Shown here one piece after another: positions 1 to 9,601 of a DNA stretch of 56,067 bases. The translations under genes were made by a program, and so were the position numbers. The stretch comes from Frankiales bacterium (GTDB lineage Bacteria; Actinomycetota; Actinomycetes; Mycobacteriales; SCTD01). The notes under the pieces were generated by a model, which did no database searches, had not been told where the DNA came from, and saw only the letters and a program-made list of their open reading frames with translations. Positions within the stretch are counted from its first letter, which is position 1. Every line of letters starts with the position of its first letter. Location: the NCBI GenBank assembly GCA_025965935.1, contig JAOPVZ010000308.1, positions 1 through 56,067 of the forward strand. Direction: 5' to 3'.

Positions 1-84
1 GGGACTGTGCGGCTTCTCCGCGCGGCATCCTCGCCTGAGCCCGCACGGTCAACGTGCGGCCACTGCTGGACGCGGCACGAGCAG

Positions 85-2424
85 CTAGCGCTCGGGGGTC
101 CTCGGAGCCCGACCGGCCGGTTGCGGCGGAGGGGGCAGCATGGCCTTCCTCGGCGTGAGCCGCATGGTGTGCGTCGTCCCGCGCGGCACGAACACCTCCT
201 CGTCCGCCAGGTACAGGGTGATGTCGTCGCTCTCGGCCGTGAACAACGCCTGGGAGTGCGTGACCTCGGTGTGCAGCAGGGCTCCGCGCCAGCGCAGGTG
301 GAAGCGCAGCCGGGTGATCCCGGAGGGCAGCGCCGGGTCGAAGCACAGCCGCGACTCGTGCTCCCGCAGGCCACCGAAGCCCTCGACCAGCGCTGTCCAC
401 GCGCCGGCGAGCGACGCCATGTGCAGGCCGTCCCGACCGTTGTCCTGCAGGTCCCGCAGGTCGATGAGAGCGGCTTCGGTGGCGTAGGCGTGGGCCAGCT
501 CCAGGTGCCCGACCTCCGCGCACATCACCGCCTGCGTGCAGGCGGACAGCGAGGAGTCCCGCACCGTGCGCCGCTCGTAGTAGTCGACGTTGCGTGCCTT
601 GTCCTCAGCGCTGAACGCGTCACCGCACCAGTGCATCGCCAGCAGCAGGTCGGCCTGCTTGGCGACCTGGGTCGCGTAGAGGACGACGTACGGCACGTGC
701 AGGAGGAGAGGGAATGAGGCGGTGCTGGCGTCGAACTCGCGGTAGCGCGTGAAGCCGGCCGACTGCGCGTGCACCTTTAAGTCCTCGTCGTACGGCACCG
801 CCACGGACGCCGCGGCGTCGCGCCAGGCCTCGAGCTCCTCGTTGTCGACGCCGAGGTCCACCCCGCGCTGGGGGTGCCGCTCGCAGGCGGCTGCCGCGGC
901 CCGCAAGTTGCGCGCCGCCATCAGGTTGGTGAACACGTTGTCGTCAGCTACGGCGCTGTACTCGTCGGGGCCGGTCACGCCGTCGATGTGCCAGGTCCCG
1001 TGCCGGTCGTGGTGGCCCAACGAGATCCAGAGCCGCGCGGTCTCGACGAGCAGCTCGATACCGGTCGTGCGGTCGAACTCCTCGTCAGCCGTCGCGGCCC
1101 GGTAGCGCTCGACCGCGTAGGCGATGTCCGCGTTGATGTGGAACCCGGCTGTTCCCGCCGGCCAGTACGCAGAGCACTCGTCGCCGGCGATGGTGCGCCA
1201 CGGGAACGCGGCGCCCTTCAACCCGAGCGTGCGCGCGCGTTCGCGCGCCTTGTCGAGCGTGGTGTACCGCCACAGAAGCGCATCGCGCGCCGCTCGTGGC
1301 ACGGTCGCCGCGAGGACCGGCAGGACGAAGCCCTCGGTGTCCCAGAACGCGTGGCCGTCGTACCCCGGTCCGGTGAGCCCCTTGGCCGCGATGGCCCGGC
1401 GCTCGGTGCGGGCGCTGGCCTGGAGCACGTGGAAGAGCCCGAACCGAACGGCCTGCTGCAGCGCCGGGTCGCCCTCGACCTCGACGTCCGCCCCGGACCA
1501 GAACTCGTCGAGGGCGGCGCGTTGCTGCTGCAGCAGCCCTTCCCAGCCGCTGTTGCGCGCGCTCGTGAGCGCCGCGGCCACCTGGTCCCGGATGGCGGGC
1601 TCCGTGCGCACGGCCGACCAGCCGTAGGCGAGCAGCTTCACGATCCGCAACCGCTGGCCGGCCCGAAGCGTGAGGGCGACGGTCGTGCGCGCCCAGTCCT
1701 CCCGCACGTCCTGGTGCAGCGTGGCGTCGTCGGGCAGGTCGACGATGTGGTCCATCCCGGCGCCGAGCAGAAGTCCCGACTCCCTCGTCCGGTGCAGCAG
1801 GATCGCACCGGCCTCGTCCAGGTCCGAGCTGACCGCGACCAGCGGGTTGGTCAGCGCGGCGGCGACCCTCGGGTCGTTCGAGGACGCCGGCTGCTTCTCG
1901 TTGGCGACCAGCTCCGACTGCAGTACCACCCGGGTGTCGTCGTCGACCGCCTCCACCTCGTAGGAGATCGCGGCGACCGCGCGGTGGGTCAGTGAGACCA
2001 GCCGGACGGTCTTGAGCCGGATCCCCTTGCCGGCGGGAGAGGTCCACTCGAGTTCGCGGGTGAGGGTGCCGGTCCGCAGGTCGAGGACCCGCTCGTGCCT
2101 GTGCAGCTCGCCGTAGCGGACGTCGAGCGGCTCGTCGTCGACGAGGAGCCGGATGGGCTTGCCGTTCGTGACGCTGACGACGCTCTGCCCGGCCTCCGGG
2201 TAGCCGTATCCCGCCTCGGCGTACGGCAGGGGCCTGACCTCGTGGACCCCGCCCAGGTAGGTGCCGGGGATGCCGTGCGGCTCACCCTCGTCGAGGTTGC
2301 CGCGCAGGCCGATGTGCCCGTTCGAGAGCGCGAACAGCGACTCCGTCTGCGCGAGGTTGCGGAGGTCGAGGCTGGTCTCGCGCAGCCGCCACGGCTCGAC
2401 AGGGAAGCACTCGTGGTCGATCAC
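85..2424 (-). CDS. Glycoside hydrolase family 65 disaccharide phosphorylase (maltose/trehalose/kojibiose phosphorylase type)
   Basis: About 780 aa ORF with GH65-like motifs ([20 protein letters not shown]). I moved the start to the GTG at 2424, which overlaps the upstream gene's TGA (GTGA). The 49-aa Arg-rich N-terminal extension in the ORF track was rejected. Confidence 0.85.
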   Translation of the reverse strand: MIDHECFPVEPWRLRETSLDLRNLAQTESLFALSNGHIGLRGNLDEGEPHGIPGTYLGGVHEVRPLPYAEAGYGYPEAGQSVVSVTNGKPIRLLVDDEPLDVRYGELHRHERVLDLRTGTLTRELEWTSPAGKGIRLKTVRLVSLTHRAVAAISYEVEAVDDDTRVVLQSELVANEKQPASSNDPRVAAALTNPLVAVSSDLDEAGAILLHRTRESGLLLGAGMDHIVDLPDDATLHQDVREDWARTTVALTLRAGQRLRIVKLLAYGWSAVRTEPAIRDQVAAALTSARNSGWEGLLQQQRAALDEFWSGADVEVEGDPALQQAVRFGLFHVLQASARTERRAIAAKGLTGPGYDGHAFWDTEGFVLPVLAATVPRAARDALLWRYTTLDKARERARTLGLKGAAFPWRTIAGDECSAYWPAGTAGFHINADIAYAVERYRAATADEEFDRTTGIELLVETARLWISLGHHDRHGTWHIDGVTGPDEYSAVADDNVFTNLMAARNLRAAAAACERHPQRGVDLGVDNEELEAWRDAAASVAVPYDEDLKVHAQSAGFTRYREFDASTASFPLLLHVPYVVLYATQVAKQADLLLAMHWCGDAFSAEDKARNVDYYERRTVRDSSLSACTQAVMCAEVGHLELAHAYATEAALIDLRDLQDNGRDGLHMASLAGAWTALVEGFGGLREHESRLCFDPALPSGITRLRFHLRWRGALLHTEVTHSQALFTAESDDITLYLADEEVFVPRGTTHTMRLTPRKAMLPPPPQPAGRAPRTPER

Positions 2425-3113
2425 AGCAGCTCCGCCAGGTCCGTGACCACGACGTCGGCACCGTGCTCGGCCAGCGCCGGGCCGTGCCCGACGCGGTCGA
2501 CGCCGACGACGTGACCGAAGCCGCCGGCCCGGCCGGCCTCGACGCCGGCCAGGGCGTCCTCGAACACGGCGCACTGCTTCGCGTCCAGCGAGAGCCGCTT
2601 GGCCGCGGCCAGGAACGTGTCGGGCCTGGGTTTGCCCGCGAGGTGCTCCGTCTTGATGGTCAGGCCGTCCACCCGCAGCTCCACCAAAGGCGCCAGGCCG
2701 GTGACCCGCAGGACCTGCTCGGTGTTCGCGCTGCTGGACACGACCGCCCGTCGCAGCCCCAGGTCGCGGCAGGCCTCCAGGTAGCGACGGCTGCCTTCGA
2801 ACACCTTCACCCCGTCGTGCTCGATCTTGTGCTGGAGGAGGTCGTTCTTCCGGTCAGCGACCCTGCGGACGGTCTGCTCGTCAGGGATCGGTCCGAGGCT
2901 GGTCAGGTAGTCCCGCACCCCGTCCTCGCGCGGCTTGCCGTCGACGTACAGCTGGTAGTCGTCAGGGGTGAAGGGCTTTCCGGTCTCCTCCTCGAAGACC
3001 TGCTTCCACGCGGCCTGGTGCACGGCCGCGGTGTCGGTGAGGACGCCGTCGAGATCGAAGAGGCAACCGAGGACCCCGGGGGGCAGACCGAGCACGAACC
3101 GAGCCTGCCCCAT
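2421..3113 (-). CDS. pgmB: Beta-phosphoglucomutase (HAD superfamily)
   Basis: HAD motif [10 protein letters not shown] near the N-terminus and a typical beta-PGM length when started at the ATG at 3113. It is translationally coupled to the GH65 phosphorylase, which is the classic pairing. Confidence 0.8.
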   Translation of the reverse strand: MGQARFVLGLPPGVLGCLFDLDGVLTDTAAVHQAAWKQVFEEETGKPFTPDDYQLYVDGKPREDGVRDYLTSLGPIPDEQTVRRVADRKNDLLQHKIEHDGVKVFEGSRRYLEACRDLGLRRAVVSSSANTEQVLRVTGLAPLVELRVDGLTIKTEHLAGKPRPDTFLAAAKRLSLDAKQCAVFEDALAGVEAGRAGGFGHVVGVDRVGHGPALAEHGADVVVTDLAELL

Positions 3114-3183
3114 GCGTGCCGAACTTGCACCTGGGGGTACACGGGTCTTCGTGGTGGACCATGACGTACGGGCCAGCGGTCTC

Positions 3184-3531
3184 ATGAGCGAGGCCCTCGA
3201 GCGGGTCGAGCGGGCGCGGGGCGCGCTCTACGAGCTGCACCAGCTGGTGGGAGGCGCCGACGGGCTGCTCGACGAGGTGATGTCGGAGCTGCGGGCGGCA
3301 GGCCGTGACGAGCTGGCGGACCAGCTTGCCGAGGAGCTGGTGGGCATCGACGTCCTCGAGGGGCGATGGACGTTCCAGGTGGTCGAGGAGTTCGACGGTG
3401 GCTTCTACGCGTGCTGGAAGCAGTGGGAGCAGCGGGTCCGTGAGGCGACGGTGGACGGCCGGCGGCACGTGCTGGAGGCGGAGATGAAGCGGCAGCGGCA
3501 GGCAGTGCGTCGTCCGCCCACCGGCGGGTAG
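3184..3531 (+). CDS. Hypothetical protein (about 115 aa, helical and acidic)
   Basis: ORF from the ATG at 3184 ([13 protein letters not shown]...) with GC-rich third codon positions. I recognised no family. The ORF-track upstream extension overlaps pgmB in antisense. Confidence 0.4.
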   Translation: MSEALERVERARGALYELHQLVGGADGLLDEVMSELRAAGRDELADQLAEELVGIDVLEGRWTFQVVEEFDGGFYACWKQWEQRVREATVDGRRHVLEAEMKRQRQAVRRPPTGG

Positions 3532-3577
3532 CGGCCGACCAGGGCCACGGCCAACCATTGACACGAAGGAGCCCGAC

Positions 3578-4528
3578 GTGGAGATCGGTTACACCCTGAT
3601 GGGCGAGCAGCGCGGGCCGCGCGACCTCGTCGACGACAGCGTCCGGGCCGAGCAGGCCGGCTTCGACTTCCTGGTGGCCAGCGACCACTTCTCGCCCTGG
3701 CTGGAGTCGCAGGGCCACTCGCCGTACACCTGGACGGTGCTCGGCGCGGTCGCGCACGCGACCCAGCGCATTCCCTTCATGACCTACGTGACTTGCCCCA
3801 TCCTGCGCTACCACCCAGCCGTCGTCGCGCAGAAGGCAGCGACGCTGCAGCTGCTCTCGGACGGCCGGTTCTCACTCGGCCTCGGTGCCGGCGAGCAGCT
3901 CAACGAGCACGTGGTGGGCAAGGGCTGGCCGCCGGTGGACGTGCGCCACGAGATGCTCGCGGAGGCCGTCCAGGTCATCCGCTCTCTGTGGGGTGGCGGA
4001 TTCACGAACCTCCGCGGCAAGCACTTCCAGGTCGAGAGCGCGAAGCTCTACGACCTGCCCGAGGCCGCGCCACCGATCGGTATCGCCGCTTCGGGAGCGC
4101 AGTCGACAGCGCTGGCCGCGCAGCAGGGCGACTACCTGATCGCCACCGAGCCGAAGGCTGAGATCGTCCGCGCATATCGTGACGCGGGCGGCACCGGTGA
4201 CGTCATCGGCCAGTTCCCGGTCTGCTTCGGTGAGGACCACAAGTCGCTGCAGCTGCTGCACGAGCAGTTCCGCTGGATGGGGCTGGGCTGGAAGGTCAAC
4301 AGCGAGCTGCCGGGTACCGCGGCGTTCGACAGCGCGTCGCAGTTCGTCCGCGACGAGGACCTGGCACAGACCTCGGCGTGGGGAACGGACGTGTCGCGCT
4401 ACCAGGAGAAGGTCCAGGCGTTCGCTGACGCGGGCTTCACCAAGGTGGCACTGGTGCAGGTGGGCCCGGACCAGCAGGAGTTCTGCGACTGGTACGCCTC
4501 GGACCTCCGGCAGGCGATCGCGGCGTGA
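3578..4528 (+). CDS. F420-dependent LLM-class oxidoreductase, glucose-6-phosphate dehydrogenase-related family
   Basis: 316 aa. The motifs SDHFSPW and RYHPAVVAQ and the overall layout resemble mycobacterial Fgd-type luciferase-like enzymes. GAAGGAG lies 6 nt upstream of the GTG start. Confidence 0.8.
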   Translation: MEIGYTLMGEQRGPRDLVDDSVRAEQAGFDFLVASDHFSPWLESQGHSPYTWTVLGAVAHATQRIPFMTYVTCPILRYHPAVVAQKAATLQLLSDGRFSLGLGAGEQLNEHVVGKGWPPVDVRHEMLAEAVQVIRSLWGGGFTNLRGKHFQVESAKLYDLPEAAPPIGIAASGAQSTALAAQQGDYLIATEPKAEIVRAYRDAGGTGDVIGQFPVCFGEDHKSLQLLHEQFRWMGLGWKVNSELPGTAAFDSASQFVRDEDLAQTSAWGTDVSRYQEKVQAFADAGFTKVALVQVGPDQQEFCDWYASDLRQAIAA

Positions 4529-4659
4529 TCATGGTTTGACGTTCAGCAGCCCGGGGACAGCGCTGGCGTGACCCAGGGGTTCGTGCTGGCCGGCGCGTGG
4601 CTGCAGATGGGGCTGCTCCTGCTCCTGCTGCTCGTGCTCGTGCTCCGGCAGGGGCCGCG

Positions 4660-5106
4660 GTGAAGCGAGCCGTCGCGATCCTGACCGCAACCCTGGTGAC
4701 CGGCATGGTGACGGGCTGCGTGTCGCCCTCCCGTACCGATCGCGACTACGAGCTCAAGGCGGGGAACACCGCGAAGGCCGTGGCCTCGTCGGTGGCGACG
4801 GCGATCCTCGGGGCCGACGCCGCTGGTCGGCACAAGGCCACCGGCCCCTACCTGTCGGTGCTGCTGGGGATGGCCGAGAAGGACGCCCTCGCCGTCCAGT
4901 CGACCTTCGACAGCGTGCAGCCGCCCGATGCCACCGCAGATCGCCTGCGGGGCACGGTCGATGACCTCCTCGGCTCCGCGACGACCGGTCTCACGGAGAT
5001 GCGGATCGTGTGCCGTCGGGGCGAGCTGGACAAGCTGCCGGCCCTCGCCGACCGGTTGCGGTCCACCCTCGACGGGCTGCGCTTCCTCGCGGACCACTTC
5101 CAGTGA
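4660..5106 (+). CDS. Putative lipoprotein
   Basis: The GTG start gives VKRAVAILTATLVTGMVTGC, a signal peptide with a lipobox-like VTGC. Function unknown. Confidence 0.55.
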   Translation: MKRAVAILTATLVTGMVTGCVSPSRTDRDYELKAGNTAKAVASSVATAILGADAAGRHKATGPYLSVLLGMAEKDALAVQSTFDSVQPPDATADRLRGTVDDLLGSATTGLTEMRIVCRRGELDKLPALADRLRSTLDGLRFLADHFQ

Positions 5107-5113
5107 GCGCGCC

Positions 5114-6343
5114 GTGAAAGGCCTCCTGAAGGTCTTCCTCGGCGTCCTCACCGCGATTGGCGGCTTCGTGGACATCGGCGACCTGGTTGCCAACGCTGTG
5201 GTCGGCGCCCGCTTCGGCCTCTCCCTCGCCTGGGTGCTCGTGGCCGGCGTCGTGGGGATCTGCCTGTTCGCAGACATGAGCGGTCGGGTGGCAGCGGTCA
5301 CCGGCCGCGGCACCTTCGACCTGGTTCGCGAGCGGCTGGGTCCGCGCGCGGGCCTCGCCAACCTCGTCGCGTCGACGTTCGTCACGTTCCTGACGCTGGC
5401 AGCTGAGATCGGCGGCGTGGCACTGGCCTTCGAGCTGGCCACGAGCGTCAGCTACCTGCTCTTCGTCCCGCTGGTCGCCTTCCTGGTGTGGTTCGTCATC
5501 TGGCGAATGCCGTTCGAGAAGATGGAGCAGGCGTTCGGGCTGGCGGGGCTGTGCCTGCTCGCCTTCGCCGTGGCCCTATGGCAGCTCGGTCCCGACTGGG
5601 GCGAGCTGTTTCGGCAGGCCTCCCATCCGAGCGTGCCGGACGGAGAGGGCCACCCGACGTACTGGTTCTACGCGATCTCGCTGTTCGGGGCCGCGATGAC
5701 ACCGTACGAGGTGTTCTTCTTCTCCTCCGGCGCGGTCGAGGAGGGCTGGACCCGCAAGGACCTCAAGACCGAGCGGCTGAACGTCTACGTCGGCTTCCCC
5801 TTGGGCGGCGTCCTGTCGCTGGCGATCGCGGCGACCTCGGCTCTGGTGCTGCTGCCGCAGGGCATCGAGGTGGACCACCTGGACCAGGTCGCCCTGCCGA
5901 CGGTGCTCGCGCTGGGCAAGATCGGCCTGGCGGTGCTCATCGTGGGGTTCGTCGCGGCCACCTTCGGTGCGGCTCTGGAGACGGCCCTGTCGACCGGGTA
6001 CAGCCTCGCGCAGTACCTCGGCTGGCAGTGGGGGAAGCGCACCGCCCCGAAGGACGCCGCGCGGTTCCACGCCGTCGTGCTCGTCGCGGTCGTGCTCGGT
6101 GCGATGCTCGTGCTGACGACCCTCGACCCGGTCAAGGTCACTGAGTACAGCCTGGTGTTCTCGGCGATCGCGCTGCCGCTGACCTACTTCCCGATCCTGG
6201 TGGTAGCCAACGACCCGGAGTACATGGCGGAGTCAGCCAACGGGCGGGTCGTCAACGCGCTGGCAACCGGGTACCTGGTGCTGCTCACCGTCGTGGCGCT
6301 CGCCGCGATCCCGCTCATGATCGCCACCAAGGCGGGCCAGTGA
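5114..6343 (+). CDS. Nramp-related divalent metal cation transporter (non-canonical metal-site motifs)
   Basis: Polytopic protein of about 409 aa. The TM1-like segment GGFVDIGDLV and the TM6-like segment GAAMTPYEVFFFSSG align to the Nramp DPGN and MPH regions. Confidence 0.8.
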   Translation: MKGLLKVFLGVLTAIGGFVDIGDLVANAVVGARFGLSLAWVLVAGVVGICLFADMSGRVAAVTGRGTFDLVRERLGPRAGLANLVASTFVTFLTLAAEIGGVALAFELATSVSYLLFVPLVAFLVWFVIWRMPFEKMEQAFGLAGLCLLAFAVALWQLGPDWGELFRQASHPSVPDGEGHPTYWFYAISLFGAAMTPYEVFFFSSGAVEEGWTRKDLKTERLNVYVGFPLGGVLSLAIAATSALVLLPQGIEVDHLDQVALPTVLALGKIGLAVLIVGFVAATFGAALETALSTGYSLAQYLGWQWGKRTAPKDAARFHAVVLVAVVLGAMLVLTTLDPVKVTEYSLVFSAIALPLTYFPILVVANDPEYMAESANGRVVNALATGYLVLLTVVALAAIPLMIATKAGQ

Positions 6344-6732
6344 CGGGCCGGGTGCGCGACCTGGCGCTGCACCTGCTGGACCGTCAGGTGGTGGACACCG
6401 AGGGCAAGGCAGTCGGCAACGTCGACGACGTGGAGCTGGTCGTTCCCGAGGACGGGTCACCGCCGTACGTCGTGGCGATCCTCACCGGCCCGCAGGCCCT
6501 GGCCCGGCGGTTGGGCGGCCTGCTGGGACAGTGGCTGGGCTTCTGGTCGCATGCGCTGTCCCGCCCGGACAGCAGCGAGCCGGGCCGGATCCCCATGGAG
6601 CTGGTCACCGACATCGACACCCAGATCACGGTGGCCCGGACCCGGCAGGAGCTCGGTGTGCACCGGAACGAGGATCGCGCTCGCCAGTACCTGATCCTCC
6701 GCATCCCGGGGGCTCGCCATGCGCGGCAGTGA
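6340..6732 (+). CDS. PRC-barrel domain protein
   Basis: GTGA overlap with the transporter stop. LLDRQVVDTEGKAVGNVDDVELVV is a PRC-barrel-like signature. Confidence 0.55.
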   Translation: MTGRVRDLALHLLDRQVVDTEGKAVGNVDDVELVVPEDGSPPYVVAILTGPQALARRLGGLLGQWLGFWSHALSRPDSSEPGRIPMELVTDIDTQITVARTRQELGVHRNEDRARQYLILRIPGARHARQ

Positions 6733-7048
6733 CCTGCTCGGGGCTCCTGTGGTGAGCAGGTCGGGGGCGGCTCTCGGGCGTGTGCTCGACGTCCGGCTCG
6801 TCCAGGACGGCCCGCTGCTCGGCGCCTTCGCAGCGATGCGGGTCGAGGGACTGGTCGTGGGCCACCGCCGGACGTCGGCCCGCCTCGGCTACGACCGGGT
6901 CGAGGCCCACGGACCGTGGCTGGTCGCGACCGTCGTGAGGTGGCTCGCCCGTGACAACCGCTACCTGCCCTGGGAGCAGGCCTCGCTCGAGGGGCACCGC
7001 GTAGTCAGCGGACTCGACGAGCTGCTGCGGGTGCCGTTCATCACGTGA
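6719..7048 (+). CDS. PRC-barrel domain protein
   Basis: Its first 14 nt overlap the end of the preceding gene. LLGAPVVSRSGAALGRVLDVRLV is a PRC-barrel-like signature. Confidence 0.55.
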   Translation: MRGSDLLGAPVVSRSGAALGRVLDVRLVQDGPLLGAFAAMRVEGLVVGHRRTSARLGYDRVEAHGPWLVATVVRWLARDNRYLPWEQASLEGHRVVSGLDELLRVPFIT

Positions 7049-7081
7049 GTAACCGCCGCGTTGCCGGGTAGCGAGTGGGGC

Positions 7082-8032
7082 ATGACCGTGCCACTGGCCC
7101 TGGCTCCTGCTCTCGACGAGGCGCTCAGCACCGGCGCTCTCGAGCGCTTCGCCGATGCCGTGCCGCGCGACCGGCGGGACCGCGTTGACGTCCTGCAGAC
7201 GATCTACGACCTGCACACCGGCCCGCTGCAGGCCGTCGGCGACCGCGCCCGCTACCAGCACCACCCGGTCGTGGCGGGACTGAAGCAGCGCCTCGAGGCC
7301 GACTGGCTGCGGGAGCTCGCGGCCGAAGACGTGCCCGCGGAGTTCCGCGACCAGCCCGACGTGGTCGTCGCGATCCGCAGCATGGCAACCGTCGAGCGGC
7401 TGCCCCGCACGTACCGCTGGATCGCCGACGAGGCTTCCTGGCCGGAGGTCGTGCGGTTCCTGGCGATGGAGGGCGGACCCGACGCCGGCTTCGACGATTT
7501 GGTGGCCGTCTGCCAGGTCGGGCTGGCCGGTTCGGCGAAGCTGGAGCTGGCCCAGAACTACTGGGACGAGATGGGCAACGGACACCTCGATGCCGTGCAC
7601 ACCAACCTGCACGAGCAGATGGTGAGCGCCATCGACATGCCGCGGCTCGCGCGGGGTGACCTCCCCGTGGAGGCGCTGGAGCGCACGGCGCTGGGCGGTC
7701 TGCTGGCGACGAACCGCTGGCTGCAACCGGAGATGGTCGGCGCACTCGGCATGATCGAGCTGCAGGCCGGACCACGGTGCCGCAAGGTCGTCCAGGGCTT
7801 CGACCGGCTCGGCGCCCCTGTGGGTGCTTACCGGTTCTACGCCGAGCACGCCGACGTCGACCCGCGGCACGGCAAGGACTGGGTCGAGAAGGCGATCGCC
7901 CCGCTCGTCGCCGAGGACCCGAGCTGGGGACCACGGATCCTGCGCGGTGCCTGGTGGCGGCTCGTCCTCAGCCTGCGGTTCTTCGAGGCGGCCGAGTCGC
8001 TGCTGGTGCGCCGCGCCTCACACGCGGCGTGA
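7082..8032 (+). CDS. Haem-oxygenase-like, iron-containing redox enzyme family protein
   Basis: About 316 aa helical protein. The motifs YWDEMGNGHLDAVHTNL and FYAEHADVDPRHG resemble the Haem_oxygenase_2-type family. The start could be 7061 or 7082. Confidence 0.55.
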   Translation: MTVPLALAPALDEALSTGALERFADAVPRDRRDRVDVLQTIYDLHTGPLQAVGDRARYQHHPVVAGLKQRLEADWLRELAAEDVPAEFRDQPDVVVAIRSMATVERLPRTYRWIADEASWPEVVRFLAMEGGPDAGFDDLVAVCQVGLAGSAKLELAQNYWDEMGNGHLDAVHTNLHEQMVSAIDMPRLARGDLPVEALERTALGGLLATNRWLQPEMVGALGMIELQAGPRCRKVVQGFDRLGAPVGAYRFYAEHADVDPRHGKDWVEKAIAPLVAEDPSWGPRILRGAWWRLVLSLRFFEAAESLLVRRASHAA

Positions 8033-8536
8033 CCGCGCCACCAGGCGCAGCACCAGCGGTCCGACCAGCCAGAGAGCGAGCGCCGTCCCGCCGACCGCCG
8101 AGGCGGCCCAGCCGGCGGCGGTCCGACCGGCGACGACGTTGAAGACCAGCCCGTTGACGCCGACCATCGCCAGGCCGAGGAACACCGACCCGAGCAAGGC
8201 GCACCAGTGCGCTGTCGCGACCATGAGCTCGCGCTCGTGCTGCCGGAACAGCACCCGGTGCAGCGGCACGGGCGCAACGAGCAGCAGCGTGGCCAGCGAC
8301 GACAGCGCCACGGTGCCGAGGTACAGGTGCTTGTCGGTGTCGTCGAGCGTGGTGAACCGCTGCTGGAAGGGCAACGTCAGCAGGAAGCCGGTCAGCAGCT
8401 GGACACCGGTCTGCACCACGCGCAGCTCCTGGAGCAGCTCGCTCCAGTTGCGGTCGAGCGTCTGCTGCGGTGTCTCGTCAGGCCGGTCAGGTCGCACGGC
8501 ACCTGACTTCCCCCGGCACGCGCCGGGTATGTCCAC
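8018..8536 (-). CDS. DUF6328-like membrane protein
   Basis: RNWSELLQELRVVQTGVQLLTGFLLTLPF is followed by further TM segments, as expected for this family. The start is uncertain. Its 3' end overlaps the previous gene by 15 nt, convergently. Confidence 0.6.
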   Translation of the reverse strand: MDIPGACRGKSGAVRPDRPDETPQQTLDRNWSELLQELRVVQTGVQLLTGFLLTLPFQQRFTTLDDTDKHLYLGTVALSSLATLLLVAPVPLHRVLFRQHERELMVATAHWCALLGSVFLGLAMVGVNGLVFNVVAGRTAAGWAASAVGGTALALWLVGPLVLRLVARSRRV

Positions 8537-8554
8537 CTAGCAGAGGTACGTACC

Positions 8555-8824
8555 TCAGCTCGCGTAGCGGGCCGCCGAACGGGCCCGTGCCTTCGCCGCC
8601 TCGACTTCGCGATCCTTCGGCGGCGCCGTCGTCACGAGCTTGTCGAGAAGGGTCCTCGAGGCAGCGGACACGAGCTCGACGGCCTCCAGGAAGGCGGCCT
8701 CGTTGACCTGCGCGGGCTTGCTCGAACCGCTGATCTTCCGGACGTACTGGACAGCGGCAGCCCGCACCTCGTCGTCGGACACCGGCGGCTCGAAGTTGTT
8801 GAGCGGCTTGATGTTTCGGCACAT
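8555..8824 (-). CDS. DUF2277-like small protein
   Basis: 89 aa from the ATG at 8824 (MCRNIKPLNNFEPPVSDDEVRAAAVQYVRKISG...). The 338-aa ORF-track version is an overextension. Confidence 0.65.
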   Translation of the reverse strand: MCRNIKPLNNFEPPVSDDEVRAAAVQYVRKISGSSKPAQVNEAAFLEAVELVSAASRTLLDKLVTTAPPKDREVEAAKARARSAARYAS

Positions 8825-8956
8825 GCTGAGCAGCGTAAGCCCGTCGCGCTTCGGGCCAGAACACATGTCAGATGACAAAGGACCGCAGGCCTCGCGCTGC
8901 CGGCCGTCCAGACGTAACGTGGCCCGTCGGTGCCCCCCTGTCGCAGAGGAGGATCC

Positions 8957-9601
8957 ATGCACGCGATGCCGTTGCCCGTGCCGGTCGTCGCTCCGCGGAG
9001 TGACCTCGAAGTGCTGGTGGACCAGCTGGAGGGCATGCGAGCCTGGCACGCCGCCTTCCGGGCGCGCCTGGCGGCCGAGCAGCAGACGGCGACCACGACC
9101 CGCGAGATGCGGCTCGACGCCCGCCGCCGGATCGAGGCCCTCGAGCGGACCCAGGCGGCACTGCAGGCCCGGGCCGACCAGAGCGTGCGGCAGACCGTCG
9201 AGCTGCTCGCTGCGCGCCCGGCGCGCGCCCTGCTGGTCCACCGCAACGAGTGGATCCGCACCAAGGTGGGCCTGGGCCTGGAGGCGGAAGGAGTCCAGGT
9301 CCTGGCGTCGTTGGAGGACGGAGCGGACGGGCTTGGCTGCGCGATCATGGAGCAGCCCGACCTGCTCCTCATCGAGGATCGGTTGCCGTCGCTCCCTGGC
9401 CTCGAGCTGGCCAAGCAGGCGCGCGAGTTCGTGCCCCGGGCGGTGATCGCGGCTCAGGTGGAGGACGACCAGGGCGTGGCCGCCATGCTCGAGGCGGGGG
9501 CGCAGGCAGTGTTCAGCAGGCGGGTACCACCACAGCTGATGGCAGAGCAGGCGGCCGACTACCTGCGGCATGCCTCGGGCGGGCCGCTGCTCCTCACCTG
9601 A
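8957..9601 (+). CDS. Atypical receiver (REC-like) domain protein with N-terminal coiled coil, paralogue 1
   Basis: GAGGAGGA lies upstream of the ATG at 8957. The C-terminal half has a REC-like pattern (EQPDLLLIEDRLP) but HRNEW replaces the acidic pair. It is a clear paralogue of 20872-21525. Confidence 0.6.
   Translation: MHAMPLPVPVVAPRSDLEVLVDQLEGMRAWHAAFRARLAAEQQTATTTREMRLDARRRIEALERTQAALQARADQSVRQTVELLAARPARALLVHRNEWIRTKVGLGLEAEGVQVLASLEDGADGLGCAIMEQPDLLLIEDRLPSLPGLELAKQAREFVPRAVIAAQVEDDQGVAAMLEAGAQAVFSRRVPPQLMAEQAADYLRHASGGPLLLT

Noticed and set aside
7-2047. Several long ORFs (7-717 +, 874-1995 +, 1085-2047 -, 1124-1627 +) overlap the GH65 gene.
   Set aside because: They lie antisense or out of frame to a well-supported 780-aa GH65 ORF. 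Their translations are Arg/Ala/Pro/Gly-rich, as expected of shadow frames in high-GC DNA.
6626-7934. 414-aa and 269-aa minus-strand ORFs lie opposite the PRC-barrel and haem-oxygenase-like genes.
   Set aside because: They have low-complexity Arg/Pro-rich translations with no recognisable motifs. The plus-strand genes have coherent domains and coupling.
8825-9571. N-terminal extensions of ORF-track entries: 8555-9571, 37342-38802, 48058-50487, 53486-54457 and 85-2574.
   Set aside because: The recognisable domains begin well downstream at start codons with SD-like motifs or 4-nt overlaps. The extensions are Arg/Pro-rich and overlap neighbouring genes or promoters.
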